From NCBI GenBank assembly GCA_004764695.1, contig SMSO01000007.1, forward strand, positions 2,177,270-2,241,269: 64,000 nucleotides of DNA, in the 5' to 3' direction. Below are positions 45,835-59,500 of the stretch, piece after piece (positions within the stretch are counted from its first letter, which is position 1; each line of letters opens with the position of its first letter). The position numbers were made by a program, and so were the translations under genes. This DNA is from Schizochytrium sp. TIO01 (lineage: Eukaryota > Protista > Bigyra: Labyrinthulomycetes). The notes below the pieces were generated by a model. That model made no database searches. It had not been told where the DNA came from and saw only the letters and a list, made by a program, of their open reading frames with translations.

Positions 45835-47547
45835 TTAGTCGCCTCCAGCAAGGAGATTCACCACGCGTTCGAGGCGACCTTGATAGCGCTCCAGCAGCTC
45901 TAAGTTGCGAAGATGGTCACCAAAACCCATGGTTTCCAGCTCTACGAATTGGCTAGCAAACTTTTGAGCGCCTTGTGCTGCTTGCTGATGAGGTACACCT
46001 TTAGCCACTAAGGAATGAAACACATGAACCTTATCTACCTGTTCCTGGTCTCCGTTTGCCAATGCAGCAGACTCCTCCAGCGCCTTTCTGAGCTGCTCTT
46101 CCTCAAGAGAACGGTCAAACTTGGCCTCCGCAGCCTGCATAGCACCGACAAATGTGTGACTCTCTTCTCCGGTATTTGTGTTATAATTCTTCGCTTGATC
46201 TTTCTGGTCTCCTTCAAGACCAGTCTCTTCGCTATCCTTTGGCGTTTGAGACTCTAGGTCATCTTGATGTACCGGCGGCTCGACACTTGCAGCTAACGGA
46301 ACTCGTAAGCTCTGACCATCACAGGGGTCTTGCTCAGATGGCATTTCACCGTCTGGGTAGTAGTTCCAGTTCACGAGCAAAGACTCTCTACCCCTAAACC
46401 CAACCTCATGCAAGGTTTTATCAGCCATAGATGCATCATATCTCGAACGTTGTCCCGCCAACACCTGCACAAGGAAGAATTCCATATTATCCCCAGCATG
46501 CATTGGAAGATCCGCTGGTGGCTCCGGCAAGTTGACCTCTACCCAATCAAGGACCTTGCGAAACGTATCCTCTGCCATAAAACTTCGAGTGAACGTTTGA
46601 CCCTGTGGCATACGTACCCTGATAGGAAGCTTCTTCTTCTCCTTGTCTTCCTCTCCTTCCACATTCGTCCGACGTTTTTCTTCAATTCGTTCATGTCGCT
46701 CCTGTAGCCATCTCGCTCGATCTTCGCGTTTCTTGAGCTCTTCCTCAGCTCGTTCACTCGGCAAGATCTCCACTTCTACATCAGTGTCGATAATAACAAG
46801 TGCTGGTTCTGGTTCCACTTTCTTCACCACGAGCTCATATGTGACTCCCTCGTGCCTGACAGGGACCACCTCTCCTTCGGATATAGTAAGCATATCTCTG
46901 AGAGACCTCATGAGCACCGTTTTAAGGTCCATTTGAACCTCTTCCTCGTCATTCTTGTGGAAACCGCTTCCTCGCGGCTGCAGGGCAACCTTCACCTCCT
47001 TAAAGTGAGGAAGCTCGACGAAGCGAACTGAGGCCTTCGCACCCTGCAACACAGTAACGTCCTCGCCACCCGCAAGACTCAAAGCCACACCTGGTGGCAC
47101 ACCGATGGAGCCCTCAGGCTCTGTGAAGTCCTCAACGCCGCAGAAAGTCCGCACTCGGCCAACTCTCGGCACATCCACGGAGACTTCAAACGTCAGAGGC
47201 CCACTCACGCGCTCGCGCCAGCCCTGCCCCTCCAGGGAGGAAAGAATGGACGCTGGAAGTCCCACGCGGTTAGTTGCGGCCCGTGCAAGAGGCCTTAACG
47301 TGAGCACGGACTCGCACTTGATGGCAGAGTCTGAGCCAGATGCGTTGGCGGCGTTTTCGAATTCTCGAGCAGCAATACGCTCGCGACGACGGGCGAGCGC
47401 CAGAGCCTCTACACGTGCAGCTGCAACAGCCGCCTCATGTTTAATCTGAGCTTGCCGACGCTGCTCACGAGCTGCAGAGCGTTTACGAGCCTCACGTTCG
47501 CGTTGAAGGCGACGCTCGGCAGCAGAGAATTCGAGATCTAGGTCCAT
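45835..47547 (-). CDS. UFD1-like domain protein fused to UBX, UIM and UBA domains (570 aa)
   Basis: UFD1-like: RVGLPASIL..GPLTFEV..TFCGVEDFT.PEG.IGVP..LQPR..L..TISEGE..YELVV..V.P..IIDTDVEVEI. UBX: IRVRMPQGQTFTRSF..DTF..VLDWV. UIM: EEEQLRKALEES. UBA: LETMGFGDHLRNLELLERYQGRLERVVNLL. Confidence 0.88.
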   Translation of the reverse strand: MDLDLEFSAAERRLQREREARKRSAAREQRRQAQIKHEAAVAAARVEALALARRRERIAAREFENAANASGSDSAIKCESVLTLRPLARAATNRVGLPASILSSLEGQGWRERVSGPLTFEVSVDVPRVGRVRTFCGVEDFTEPEGSIGVPPGVALSLAGGEDVTVLQGAKASVRFVELPHFKEVKVALQPRGSGFHKNDEEEVQMDLKTVLMRSLRDMLTISEGEVVPVRHEGVTYELVVKKVEPEPALVIIDTDVEVEILPSERAEEELKKREDRARWLQERHERIEEKRRTNVEGEEDKEKKKLPIRVRMPQGQTFTRSFMAEDTFRKVLDWVEVNLPEPPADLPMHAGDNMEFFLVQVLAGQRSRYDASMADKTLHEVGFRGRESLLVNWNYYPDGEMPSEQDPCDGQSLRVPLAASVEPPVHQDDLESQTPKDSEETGLEGDQKDQAKNYNTNTGEESHTFVGAMQAAEAKFDRSLEEEQLRKALEESAALANGDQEQVDKVHVFHSLVAKGVPHQQAAQGAQKFASQFVELETMGFGDHLRNLELLERYQGRLERVVNLLAGGD

Positions 47548-48922
47548 CGCGACACGCCGAAGCCACGGCGCTTATGAGGATGAGGACGTACACAGAGCTT
47601 GGGATCTCAGCTCCCACCTGAGCTAATGATACTACTGTTCTTGCTGGCCGATCTGTGTCAATCCAGAGTTGACAGTGCTTTGTCCTCCACGATTCTTTCG
47701 GTGCTTTGGGATTTGCTGCATTGAAGTCTTCGAATTGTTCTCATGGTTCTTTGTAAAGTTAGGGGTCAGATACAGTTAACTATAGTAGCGATCTGGTGCG
47801 GAGTCTAGCATTGTGTTTGCCTTTTGAGCGATGTCAGCGACAACAAAATCTGCATTGTGCGGTTCGTAGAAACGAAAAACCTATGCTTCAATGAAACGAT
47901 GGTGCATGCATATGATGAGAAAGCTCAGGCTGTTGATCAGCGGTCCTTACAGACGAGTGGCATCTATAACATTTTAATGAGGAAGCTTCGCTGCTGATAT
48001 GTGCGCTTGCGAATTTCCAAAGCCGAGGCGTTTGCCGTAGGTTAACGAATTGGCGAAGTGACCTGCGGTACAAGAGGGGCTTGCAAGCTAAACAAAGAGA
48101 GAGAGGAATGGACATTACATGGTGAAGACTTTAATATATTATTGAGCGGAGCCTTGTTTGACCGATAATAACAGTGCGTAATATATCACTCTCCCTACAT
48201 TACAGAGAAGCATTACCCCAACGAGTATGTATATTTAAATGAAGAGAACAGCCAGAGTAAAAGTTGATGCTTACATTAATCCCGGGGGACGTGTTGCCAC
48301 AGTGTAAAGTTGCTGATAGAAAGCTCAACACTTGCTTCGGGTTTACTGCTCAGAAGTATCGAGAGGCCAGAATATTCGAGAAGGATTCAGGAATAAAGGA
48401 AAACTGTGGTCCAGAGAGCAGCAAGATGCACTCAGGCCAGTCCATGTTCAGTGAGTTATGGTACTTTAGTTATGTGAATACAATACTATTCTTTTTTCTG
48501 ATGGCGCTTTTTCATTTCTCCAAGTGGCACATCATTACAATACCATTGTACATGAGATGTTTTCCTCCAGTTTTATGAAATTTAGCAAGTTTATCCAGGG
48601 ATTTTTATCGATTATGCTTTTGCTTGAATCTTGTCAGTAGACTTCTTTGAATGGCACCTAAGAAAAGCCAACTCCAGTCAAACTCACTTATCCGCAATGC
48701 GTTCTGGCAATCAGAATGCAGTACTTTATGTCGATAAGCCTGTGTTACCAACTAAATTCTAGAACTTTCTAGATTCAAAATAAGCAAAGCAAAACTTGGT
48801 TATTTAAGGTTTAACATTGATAAATAAAGTGTATAATCTCACTCTGTACATTGGATGAGCTCCTTGGACACAAGCGGAAAAGTCTTGAAGTGAATTTTGA
48901 AGATGAGTGCAATGACTTAACC

Positions 48923-50221
48923 TTACCATCCTTTCATAAACCGAGAAGGAAAAAAGATATCAGATTGAATGATGCGCCTGGAGACGCGGAAAAGAGCTAG
49001 CATAATGAGCATATGGCGGCCAATATACAAGAGCCCAGCCAATCGCCAGACCCAACGATCATGAAACCGCGCGACCACGCGACGAACCTCAAGCTTTCGC
49101 TTTGCTCCAACTGGGTCTCGCTCAAAACTATCTCTAGACGCAATCAAAAGACGGTCTAGCAATCGAGCAATCCAATCGGAATGAAAAGCTTGAATGTATA
49201 GTCGTGCAATATAGTTCATGCCAGGATAAGCTTGTGCAGAAACTGGTCGAAGGTGTGAAATATCGACCCGGGGCGTCTCAAAAACGAGTTGGAATGCACC
49301 TTGCCAAAAACCAGTGCCAAGTCCCGTTTCTATGCCAAAACCTTCCATCGCCGTACGGCGCAACTCAGCTGTGCTTGGTCGTAAAGTTTCGAGGCGTCTA
49401 GGAGTAAATGCCATAAAATCATCCACACACGCATACATACCCTCGAGTGAATTACATACATTATAATCGTCCATAATGCCGAGATGGTATCCAATAAGCC
49501 TCCAACAATGCACCATGGCTCGTGCATCTGCTTCTGTCAATGGTCCAGCTCCGAGTTCATTTTGAAGAAACTCCATGCAAATACCTGAAAATCCTAATTG
49601 AACTTCCGCCATATCGAGTTGACATAAAGGTATACCTTCGCCTTGATCAGCGCGAAACAAACCGCGGCTATTTCGTCGAGCCCATTCGTGCATGGCACGC
49701 ACATTGGCTATGCCTGTGCGAGCTTTTGACTGCGGGTCACGAAGCGAACTTCGATAAAAGTCCAGTACAAAAAAACCAGTCGCGCGATAACGCTGCATGG
49801 CGGTCTCGCCATCCTTGGCGTAACCGTTCTTGTAGAGAATATCGGCGAAGCGACTGATACTGAACCCGCTTAGCAGCGAAAGTCCAAGTGCTGTAAAGCT
49901 TCGGGCAGCTTGCTCTCTCCAGAGTCTTTGACCACGCTCAACAATGTCCCAATCCACCCATTCCGGTTCGTCTTGCCGTGGTAGATGCCTAGAAACCTTG
50001 CCATGGCACACAAGCTCGCTTGTAGGTACCGTGGCCATGAGAGAATCTCCAACACATAGTCCTTTTGCAGGTCTTGCCATGGCATATTTATATGGCGGAG
50101 GGCGCATTGATTCTCGTTGATCCCAGCTGCAGATTTCTTCCTCGGTATAACCCACCAAGTCAAAGTCTAGAGCATGCTTACTGGCTTTCTCGGTTTCTCG
50201 ATGGACAAAGTTTCCTGGCAT
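48923..50221 (-). CDS. ER-bound oxygenase mpaB / DUF2236 (Lcp-related heme oxygenase fold) protein, ~432 aa
   Basis: P.WVDW..VERGQ, RY..TG, VRAMH..AR, GIPLCQLDMA, WRLIGYHLGI.D.YN.C, and a hydrophobic C-terminus. First ATG is at 50221. Confidence 0.82.
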   Translation of the reverse strand: MPGNFVHRETEKASKHALDFDLVGYTEEEICSWDQRESMRPPPYKYAMARPAKGLCVGDSLMATVPTSELVCHGKVSRHLPRQDEPEWVDWDIVERGQRLWREQAARSFTALGLSLLSGFSISRFADILYKNGYAKDGETAMQRYRATGFFVLDFYRSSLRDPQSKARTGIANVRAMHEWARRNSRGLFRADQGEGIPLCQLDMAEVQLGFSGICMEFLQNELGAGPLTEADARAMVHCWRLIGYHLGIMDDYNVCNSLEGMYACVDDFMAFTPRRLETLRPSTAELRRTAMEGFGIETGLGTGFWQGAFQLVFETPRVDISHLRPVSAQAYPGMNYIARLYIQAFHSDWIARLLDRLLIASRDSFERDPVGAKRKLEVRRVVARFHDRWVWRLAGLLYIGRHMLIMLALFRVSRRIIQSDIFFPSRFMKGW

Positions 50222-50270
50222 GTTGTGTTTATAGATCACAAGGTGCTCGAATTGAGATTTCAGTCCCTCA

Positions 50271-50494
50271 CTGCACAAGTGAACTATCAGATTAGCCAGG
50301 TCGTTGTGGTTTCTGGTTTACGATTATAGGCATTACCACATGGAACGCGACGACTCCATCAGTTTGCGATTTGCAGGTTTCTTGAACTTTTTCGCCTGGT
50401 CCAAACGTATGATTGCGACCGTAGCTTATATCTACTTTGTATATAGTCCAATACTTCAGTTTGTTCAAAAATCAGCCCAAAAGGAGGTACTTAC
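50271..50494 (-). other. Possible intron in the 5' leader of the oxygenase gene
   Basis: On the - strand: GTAAGT at 50494, CTAAT branch-like motif, TTGTGCAG acceptor ending at 50271. Confidence 0.4.
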
Positions 50495-53400
50495 TACATG
50501 TTCTAATTTCTGTTGAAGAGCTACCGGCAACCTTCAGATACGTTTATCAGAACAGGTGTATCACTGATTTAAAATATGAACAATACTTATTTCTGGTATG
50601 AAGTTAAGAAGACGTGGTCCTTGCTTGCAGAATTTGCTATACAAGGATCCTGTGGCCTTTTGGTTCGGTCGTGCGAGTGCAGGGATGGCCGTGCCACCGA
50701 GTACGTAGAAACTGCGAGGGCACTCGAAAAATCTCTGAAGGGTGCTTGCTTCTGGTTTAACCCTTTTGCTGGTTAAGCTCGTTTCAGCTGGTTTCAACGA
50801 AAAGGTTGCTGGCACGAACATAGTAAAAGAAGCAAAAGCTTAATTAGCTTAGGGTTTGGGATCGAACAGGTACGGAAGTAGTTGCCCAAAAGGGGTGCAG
50901 CACGAGGTTTGATTTGACGTGGATTTTAACCCAAACGAGAGGATTGATATTTGGTTGTGTAGGTAGATTTTTTCCCTTTGGTCGCCCATAAGAATAATTT
51001 GATCCCTGAGGTTTGTGATTTTGTTGTGTATGGTTAAATCAATCTACAAGATGCGTTTTGCTATGTGGGATTATTTCTCCATGTCAAATAAGCAGACCAG
51101 GCACACAAGCAATACGTTAAAAGTCGAAATACTAAAAAATATCAATTCTCTGAACATACGATTGTTTGCATATTGAACTGTTTGATTCGATGGCAATTCG
51201 AATCCTCCAACCTCACAATAGTGCTATATACTTTCGATAAAAACCTTGTCGTTTCTGAGAAGAACAGAAACTTTCAAGGTTGCAGGAACGATAGGTGAAA
51301 ATTGGACAATTATGGTTATGTATGTTGAGTTTCGCAAGGGAGTAGGCTATTCTTCATGCACTCTCTTCTTCGCGTGATTTGGGCTAAGATTACAATTTAC
51401 TGAAAGGGCGAATACAACAGCTCATCTGCGGGCTCACCTGCGTGCTGAGAGCTCTGTAATATGCCTTATGAGCATATATGGAAGATGAGACTCGCTCGAT
51501 CTATTACTGCAAGAAGCTCACTCAAGCAAAGTGAGTCTTGTGAGGATCTGCTAATTCGGTCAGAACAGGCCAGTTCCTGAAATGCCACATTGAAGAATTA
51601 TTTTATCTCCGATTGGTCTATGTTTAAGCTGTAAGACGGGGTCCTTTCCATTCCTATCAGTTTCAAGATCTTCGGAGTACAAAAGTGCGCCAGCAAAAGT
51701 GGATATGTTTTGCCCGCTTTCCAAACCGATTCTCCAAGAAGTTCTATTGGGAGAGCATGTGACTTTAATTGTGCTACTTACTCCAATCTTCGGTAATCGT
51801 TTGATGCAGAGTTACAATTGCATATACGTACGGCATTATGCTGTACATTGGTGTGAGCACTGAATTGTCTCAACAACTAGATTCCACCTAACATTTGTAA
51901 CCAATTTGCCGAAAAGCACTTCGTGCTTGCACAACATTCAAGCATGCTGAGAACGAACTAAATTAACTTTTGACATTAGCACATGCTGCTAGAAGGTGAA
52001 GCCGTGATCTTAGGGGCTTCAGTAAAATTTAGTTACCTCTGAGATACGCAATACATCCTTTCCTTTCTTTCGCTCTACATATTAGATCTAGGGTAACCTA
52101 TTTTTCCGATCACACCTGACAGCTCTATGTTTGACTCGAGTGATCTTCCTGAATAAAAATAGTCCCATTCGGTGTGACGCATTGAACGCCTCGCAAAATA
52201 TGTAAGATTCATGACCTTCATACACGCAGTTGCGCAAAGTCAAACGAAGTTAAAGCTTCTGTGGGTTTGACGATCAGAGCAAATACTCACCAGAAAGATC
52301 ATTATTTCGTGAGAAGGTGGGAGTATGAATCTGAATAGGTTCTGCCGGAGGCCTCGTCTAATTAAAATGTTTCACTTGAGGTGGCAAAAAGCAACACGTT
52401 ATCAGGGATCCGATGACGTTCTTTACAGCATTGGCTAGAATCAACCTACCAATTAGATTTTGCCTTGTGCAAGTTTTGGGCGCATACTTGCCTTGATGAC
52501 CGGTTCTGGGTGTCTGCATGTAAGTTTACATTCGTCAGGTTCGAGAAATTCTCTGGCCCCTTCTATTATTTGAAGTGTGGAGTTCAAGCAAACATCCGGA
52601 TCTTGAACCCTTCTCAATTCAAAACATGGTCTCGTTGGTCTTTGCTGAGTCCCAACACGTTGACATGACATAAATAGCCTAACCTTTCGCGAAGTACACA
52701 CGATTCCCAACTTTTGAAGACCTCTAAAGATATGAAGTTGGGAAATGCCCTGAAAGCAGTTTAGAATAATGCGTATTTCGATTTAGTTTTTCATCTCGGT
52801 ATTTACTACATTTTCTTCGAAAATAAATTATTAATTCAATTTCTGACGTGCGTGTGGAGACTCAATAAGTGCTGAGGCCTTTGATAGAGCCAAGCAAACC
52901 AAAGATCGATCAGAATCGTGGGAGTGTTACTGTAAGCCTTCGCACTGTTGGCGCTAATAGGTAGTGCTTATTCATCATTGGACCTTTCTAATAGAGGGAC
53001 GGTAGAAAGTTCTATCAAACTTAATTTGACCAGAACATACGTAAGAGTATGTATATATGTCTTTAATAATTGTAAAATATATTAAAAACAAACACTTCAA
53101 TGAAAACTTTTTAACCAGAAGAAGGGTCTTCCAAAAACTGCGAAAGTTTAAAAACATTAAGAAAACATCTTATTATAAAGATAATTAAAAAAAGAAAAGA
53201 AAAAAGATCTATCAAAGTAAATAGATGGAGTATGTTTTGATTAATTTTTAATTAAAAGAAAAAGAAGAAAGAATCTTAGTCAATTAGAAAAAGGAAAGGA
53301 CTTTGAAAAATAATCAGTATTACTATTTTATTTATTTTTGGAAACAAGACGATTTTGCCAGAGCTGTTAGCTGGTACATTCATCATCACACACTCACACA

Positions 53401-56400
53401 CTCATGAAATGTAAGGACTGAAGTTCCCATGATAGACAACATAGTGATAAATTATAAGCTGAAGGAAGGACGAAGGAACTCAACCCCAACGAAGCTCCAT
53501 GTTTTTATTCTTGCTTGCTGCAATTGTTGCAAGCAGACAAACATGTCTTTACTTGTTGGCTGTTGCTATACTACAACACTCTATGCCAATTCTACACCAA
53601 TAGGTAGTTATACCAAATGTAGCATGATTACTTTCATGAATATATAATCATGGAGAAACTCGGCGCGGATTTCGTCATCTGCACATCGTCAATGCCTCAC
53701 GAATTTGTTCACCAAAGACTTCCATCTAGGGCGTTTCCTGTCTCCCCTGCAAGATGCGGGCATGGATTGCGCGCTTCCTAATGCGCCGCAGAAAGAAAAT
53801 GCAATCAAAGGCCCTCAACGGATCTTTTCCCCTATGCTGGATCGACGAGCGCTTCTCTGGTAAGCAACTTGGGAATGCATGATTTATACTTCCTATTAGG
53901 GTAATGGCACGCTACACACAGTCACGTTCTTTAGCAAGCTGCTCAGCACCTCATGCCGCACCTAAACTCAAGACACTTTTCGATTAACGAGGCTTCAATT
54001 TTGTCATGGCACGAAACGATCGGCATTCTTGTTTCCAAGTGTTTTTTCTCAAAGTCAGCGAGCTTGTAAGCTTCTGGACTGTGCCCTTGTACTCCCACAC
54101 GGCTTGCAATGGCTATTTCAAAACGATTTGAATGTTATTAAAGTGGAAAGCAATGCAGAGTCGTTGATTCTGGTGTTTCCGAATCTTTGGCTGGTTCTTC
54201 AAGCACAGTATTCTATGAATGAGCTTAGGTCTCCGAGTGTCGCCCGTTACATTTCTGGCATAATGCGCAATTATAGACTCAATGTTTATTCGTCGTGTCC
54301 GTTCTTCGAAGGACGCATCTTAGGATATGTGTTTGATGAGGTGACATCAAGTTATTTGCCGTAATGATGGCGATCGTGCCTTGTGTTTTCAGAGTCTTGA
54401 GAGTTGCTACTCAGGACATTAGGTTTCGTTTTCTCTGCAGTGATATCAAATCGCAGCGTGGGGCGAACGCTTTATGCGTGGTATGGGGCCTTCCGAGCGA
54501 CCTGTGATGTCGTTCCAGAGATATCATCATATGTTCTGCGGTTTTCCCCGTCGTATCTAAAAGATCAGGTGCCTAGGTAAATAACTATCCATAAAACAAG
54601 AAAACAAAAATCATCTTCAGAAGCCAGAAAACGGAAAAGCTGGTTATATCATCCTGAATGGTGTCTCGAATGGGAAAACCTGGAAGAGGAATGAATGGGC
54701 AATTGCAATGTTATTTAACGAGTTGTTTCACATAGCTCCAAGCGAAAGACTGCTAGCTGTTGGCACACTTGCAAGCACTGGCACAGCTGCTGCACTTTAC
54801 AGCGCTCGCACCGCGGTGTGGAGGTGCACTATGTACTACGCCGTCTCCGAGCAAATTCTAGAGCCAGGTGCGCACTTTGTTTGCCCTAAGTAGTAGTTAA
54901 GTGCTAGCCAAATCGCTGCGAATAGGTAGTCTCGTTGTGTGTGGATCTCCATCTAAGTTTAATATTGAGATTTAATGACTCGGATGAAACGACTATTTTG
55001 TCAGTTCATCGCCCACCAACCTCTGCGATGTACATTCGTGCTCGTGCCGAAGCTCGTCCACGACGGCCAGCACCACAAGGCGCGCGCGGTATTCGGTAGT
55101 TTTCAATATTGCGTGGTTGCTGCGGTGCTGGACGGACTTGGGTATTATTCATCCTTGGCCTGAATTTCTATATTAATAAAAAGGGGCGGCGGTTTGTGCT
55201 GGGTTCGCTGGGAACCCTTTGGTGGTTTTCAGGCAGCGCCACACCAAGATCACCGTCCAGAAATACACTGCCGCCACAGAACTTGTCGGTCTGGGTAGGT
55301 GTGAGGGCACTGGTTAGAACGTAGTTTCGATTGTGGCTTGCGATTGCTCTATTTAGGAGAGCTCTGTTTATCTAGTGCCTACTGTGCAAGCCAAATGTAT
55401 TGAATGTAGCGAAGCTATGTGATCGCGAAGATTTGGCTTGCTCGTTACAACTCTGTGCTCAATCATCGCTCGGACCTGAACGATCTCGGAATAAGTGCCC
55501 GAGCAGGACAACGAACTCGATCGGATTCATCACGGTGAGCGACACAGATGCACTTTGAAAGTATCGAAAAGCACACTCACAGATCTTCGACGACCCTCCG
55601 TTAGTTTTGTTTTCTGTTCGCGAGCCCTCATCTTGAACTCGCGAAGAGTGCTGCGTTCGAGTCAGCAAGTTATCACCTCGCTTGGACCCAAGGCGAATTG
55701 AGAACGTGCGTGAAAGAGCTCAGCTCAGCACGTGCTTGCTTTACATCCCCCTCCTCCTCCAAAGTCTTTTGTGGCTCTCTTCAGCTCGCCAGTGCAAGTG
55801 CCTACCCTGCGGCACGTGAATAGCGTCGCGATCACAGTTCAACTCGTGGAGTTCCTTACACAAGAAAGCAGCCTCAATCTGTCGTGGCTCCCTCCTCAAA
55901 ACTTAAACGGAAAGCTCCGGGCAGCGCAGTCATTTCCCGCGTCGACGGTCGGGCTGTCTCTTCTTCTCTTCTTCACACGCGAGAAGCACGCGGAGCAGCA
56001 CGCGCGGGCAGGGCCCGATTTGTAACTTCTTTCCTTCCTTCCTCCTTCCTTGCTTTCTTCCTTAGATCGCCATCCTTAGTTAGCCACTCTGCTGTCAGTC
56101 TATCTATGTATCTCTCCACTGGAAACAAAAACAAACCAATAAAACACTCTGTCGCTCATTATTGCACTGAGGAGGAAGGACAGAGAAGGAGAGAATGGAC
56201 CTTCCGCATTTCACAAACACATTGTGATTGAAAAGAAACTTGAAGCCTAAGGGTAGCTTTTTCCCAAGATTAACAAAATCATGAAAGTAAACCATCGCCA
56301 TTGACTTTGCCAAAGTTTGATTGACTAAGCGAACGGCGGAAAAGGAACAAGTAAATAATACATGCTGCTGCTGTTGAGTTAAATGGTTGATTTTTGGCTG

Positions 56401-56465
56401 AGCTCGACGGTAAAAAAAAGTCCTTCTGAAAAGGGGTCGCGCTCCAATTTTTTAATTCGCCTCTC

Positions 56466-56526
56466 CATTCATTCATTCATTCATTCATTCATTCATTCAT
56501 TCATTATTCATTCATTCATTCATTCA
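56466..56526. repeat. (TTCA)n microsatellite
   Basis: Read directly from the sequence. Confidence 0.9.
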
Positions 56527-59500
56527 TGCAGGCTGTGCCTATGCCGTGAAATGGACAAGACCATCATCCTCACCCGCCGGTACAGAGACACACCCAAGGC
56601 GAGAGCAGAAGGAAACCCTGCTCCAGCGAAAGAAACCCTCTCTGCTCAAACAGAAACAGAAGAGGCGGCGCTGTTCTTTTAAGCTTTCTTCTGTGTGGAG
56701 TCTTCTTCTTCTTCTCCTCTCTCATCTCATGATCCAACGAACGCGAATGAGTCTGTTTTAAAAATAATCACACAGGTCATCAAAACGAGAAGCAGCCAAA
56801 AGAAAGGCTCAAGCGAATATCGCCTGCTGGCCTTTGGCCCGTTCTTCGCGTCTGTGCTCTTATTCGCACGCGCGAGAGGCGGCCTAATGGGGGGGCGGCA
56901 GAGCTCAGGTGGGCAGTGAGTGAGTCGTCGTCAGTCGATGTCCCGTGTGCAAGTGCGCGAAACTCTGTTGTTGCTCGGCCTCGCAAAGGAGGAGAGGCGA
57001 AGACTGTCAACTTTTTGCAAAAAAATAAAACAAAACAATAATTTTAATTAAAAAAAAAAAACAAAACAATTAAAAAATAGAGGTGAAAGCAGATATTAGA
57101 TTTTAAAAGAGGGCGCAGCATGGTTTATAAAAATAAATGAGCGAAGCCTCAGAGCGCGCGATTTCGAGGCCTGCAAAAAGGGCGAAAAACTAACAAATCA
57201 CGAGTTTTTGCAGCGCAGAGCAACAGCGACGGCGAATGGGCTGTCGTGAGTGCAATTTGACCAATCCTGTAGTCCGCATGAATCGACTGTCTGCTTTCCA
57301 GTAATTTCCCCTTCATGAGTTTTACTTTCAGGCAAAATTCTGATGCGAGAAAAACTGAGGAAAATGAAGAAGTAAACGTCAGACAACGAGATTTTCGGTT
57401 GTTGTGAAGAATCAATCAACATCAGGATGAAACGCGTGCGAGTGGTTTCAATGCGAAAGCGTGGTAGTTAGTTTCCTGTGTTGTAATTGCAAAAGTTGAT
57501 TCTTCTGCGCTGTTTGAGCAGAGTTTGCTTTCAATTTTTAAAAGAAAGGTAATTATCATCGTCAGCAGCAGCAATATTTCGGAACCTTGGCGACTGTGGG
57601 ATACTGTTAGATACCTCCTGCGACTTCCACCCTCACAGGCTTCGCACTCTCCCACACCTGGTGGGGTGTGAGAGAGTAACTGAGGGGCGCGTGCTCCACG
57701 TTGTTCCCTCTCACTCCACTGTCTCCTTGTTCTCTCCTCTCACTCCTCGCTAGTACCATGTTTTATTTATTTATTTCCTCTCTCTGTTCGAAAGGCGTTA
57801 ATTGTTTTTTGTAAAGGATGCCCTCCCTACTAGGAGGTATACACAATAAATGGAAAACAGGCGAAAAGGGGTCATTTGTTATTTGTTTGTTGCGGAACAG
57901 ATTGATCGCTTTTCGTTCGTCTGTCCTAATGAATTTGTCTCCACTGGAACCTGGATGCTACCCTGGAAGGATGAAAGGGGAAGAGCGAGCATTTTCAACT
58001 GCATTTTAAAGAGTCTTCTAATATTCTAATATTCTAATATAAAATAAAAATGTCATAAAACTATTTTTGTTTGAAAATAAACAACACAATATTGTACTGA
58101 GCATTATTAGAAGAATAAAAACAAAAATAATTTGAACTGATTGAAAATATTAGTTTGTTTACTATTTGCTCTCTGAGTAGAAGCAGATTTCGTACCAATG
58201 GAATGAATGAAAATGTGGCCAATATTCGATAAGAGAGAAAGCAGATCATCTTATCTTTGCCATTGAGTTCCGAAAAAAACAGTCTCTGCCGTGACTTTGA
58301 CTCACTCTGTTTTTGCTTGATTGCTCTGCAATTTTCTGCAAGGCGAAGTACTTCGTTCTCTTGGTCGATACCTTCTGATTTCGGAATTTCCCATTTGCAA
58401 ACGAGGTTATTGCCGTCCCCTATTAAAAGTTCTTGATAGTGTATTTATTTAATAAAAAATTAGAAAAAAAGGAAAAGGCTGACAGACGAGATTAAAAACT
58501 GAAGAACTCGAATCAATTGTGCTGTATGTAATCCATATAATCCATTTTGCTAATTTAAAGAAAGAAAAAGAAAAAGAAAAAGAGATAAATCAATTACATC
58601 CGCGTTTCCGAATATCCCAAATAACAACGAGTTAACTCAAGAATAAAAGAAAAGAAAAAGAAACGAGACAGAACTCATCAAAGAACAGTTTTTCTTAATC
58701 TATCTTAACCCCCTTTTTTAAACTAAAAGAGCTAAAATTAAAATAAACTAAAATTTTAAGAAAAATATAACTGAACAACTATGGTAATTTTCTATATTAT
58801 AAAAAAATAATAAAAAATTAAAGGAGTAAATATATATATATATTGTAGAGGCTAGCGAGACAACAAAGAACAACTTTCGGCACCGAACATGAGTGAGTAG
58901 TGGATTGAATTCCTTTTTTCCTGGTTCTACCCAAGCCTATACCAGGAAACTCTAGCCCCTCATCTCAACACAGCGACAGAGAGAGTGAGAGAGAGCGAGC
59001 GAACCCACGAAGAGAAGTCGCGCCGCTTCTCCCATCTTTGCAACAGTACTCCCCACGCCATCGAAGTCATAACCTTTCCCGCGTATTGATCTCTTCGTCA
59101 ATCGATCGACCAATCAATTGACCAATCTTTGCGTCATTTACTCACATCCATTTGCTGCTATATCATCATTTTGATTGACGCGACTTCCTACCCTAATCAG
59201 TCCTCTCTCTCTCTCTTCTGTCCTTCTCTTTCAACGTGAAGTTCCTTTCAATGATCCCCTTCTTCCAGAACCGCCAAGGAACCCTCTTTCCGCTGGACAC
59301 TCGCCTCGGCGGACGCGGAATCAACGCTCTATAGACACATCGATTTAGTCCCAGTTCTGAGGCATAATTTTTTCATTTAATTTTTTCATTTATAATAAAA
59401 AAAATGAGAAAAAAAGCAAAAAAAAAAGCATTTATTTATTTCTATAAAGAGAGGTACAGATACCTACCAGGGAACAAAGGAATTAACAGAAGGTACCCAA

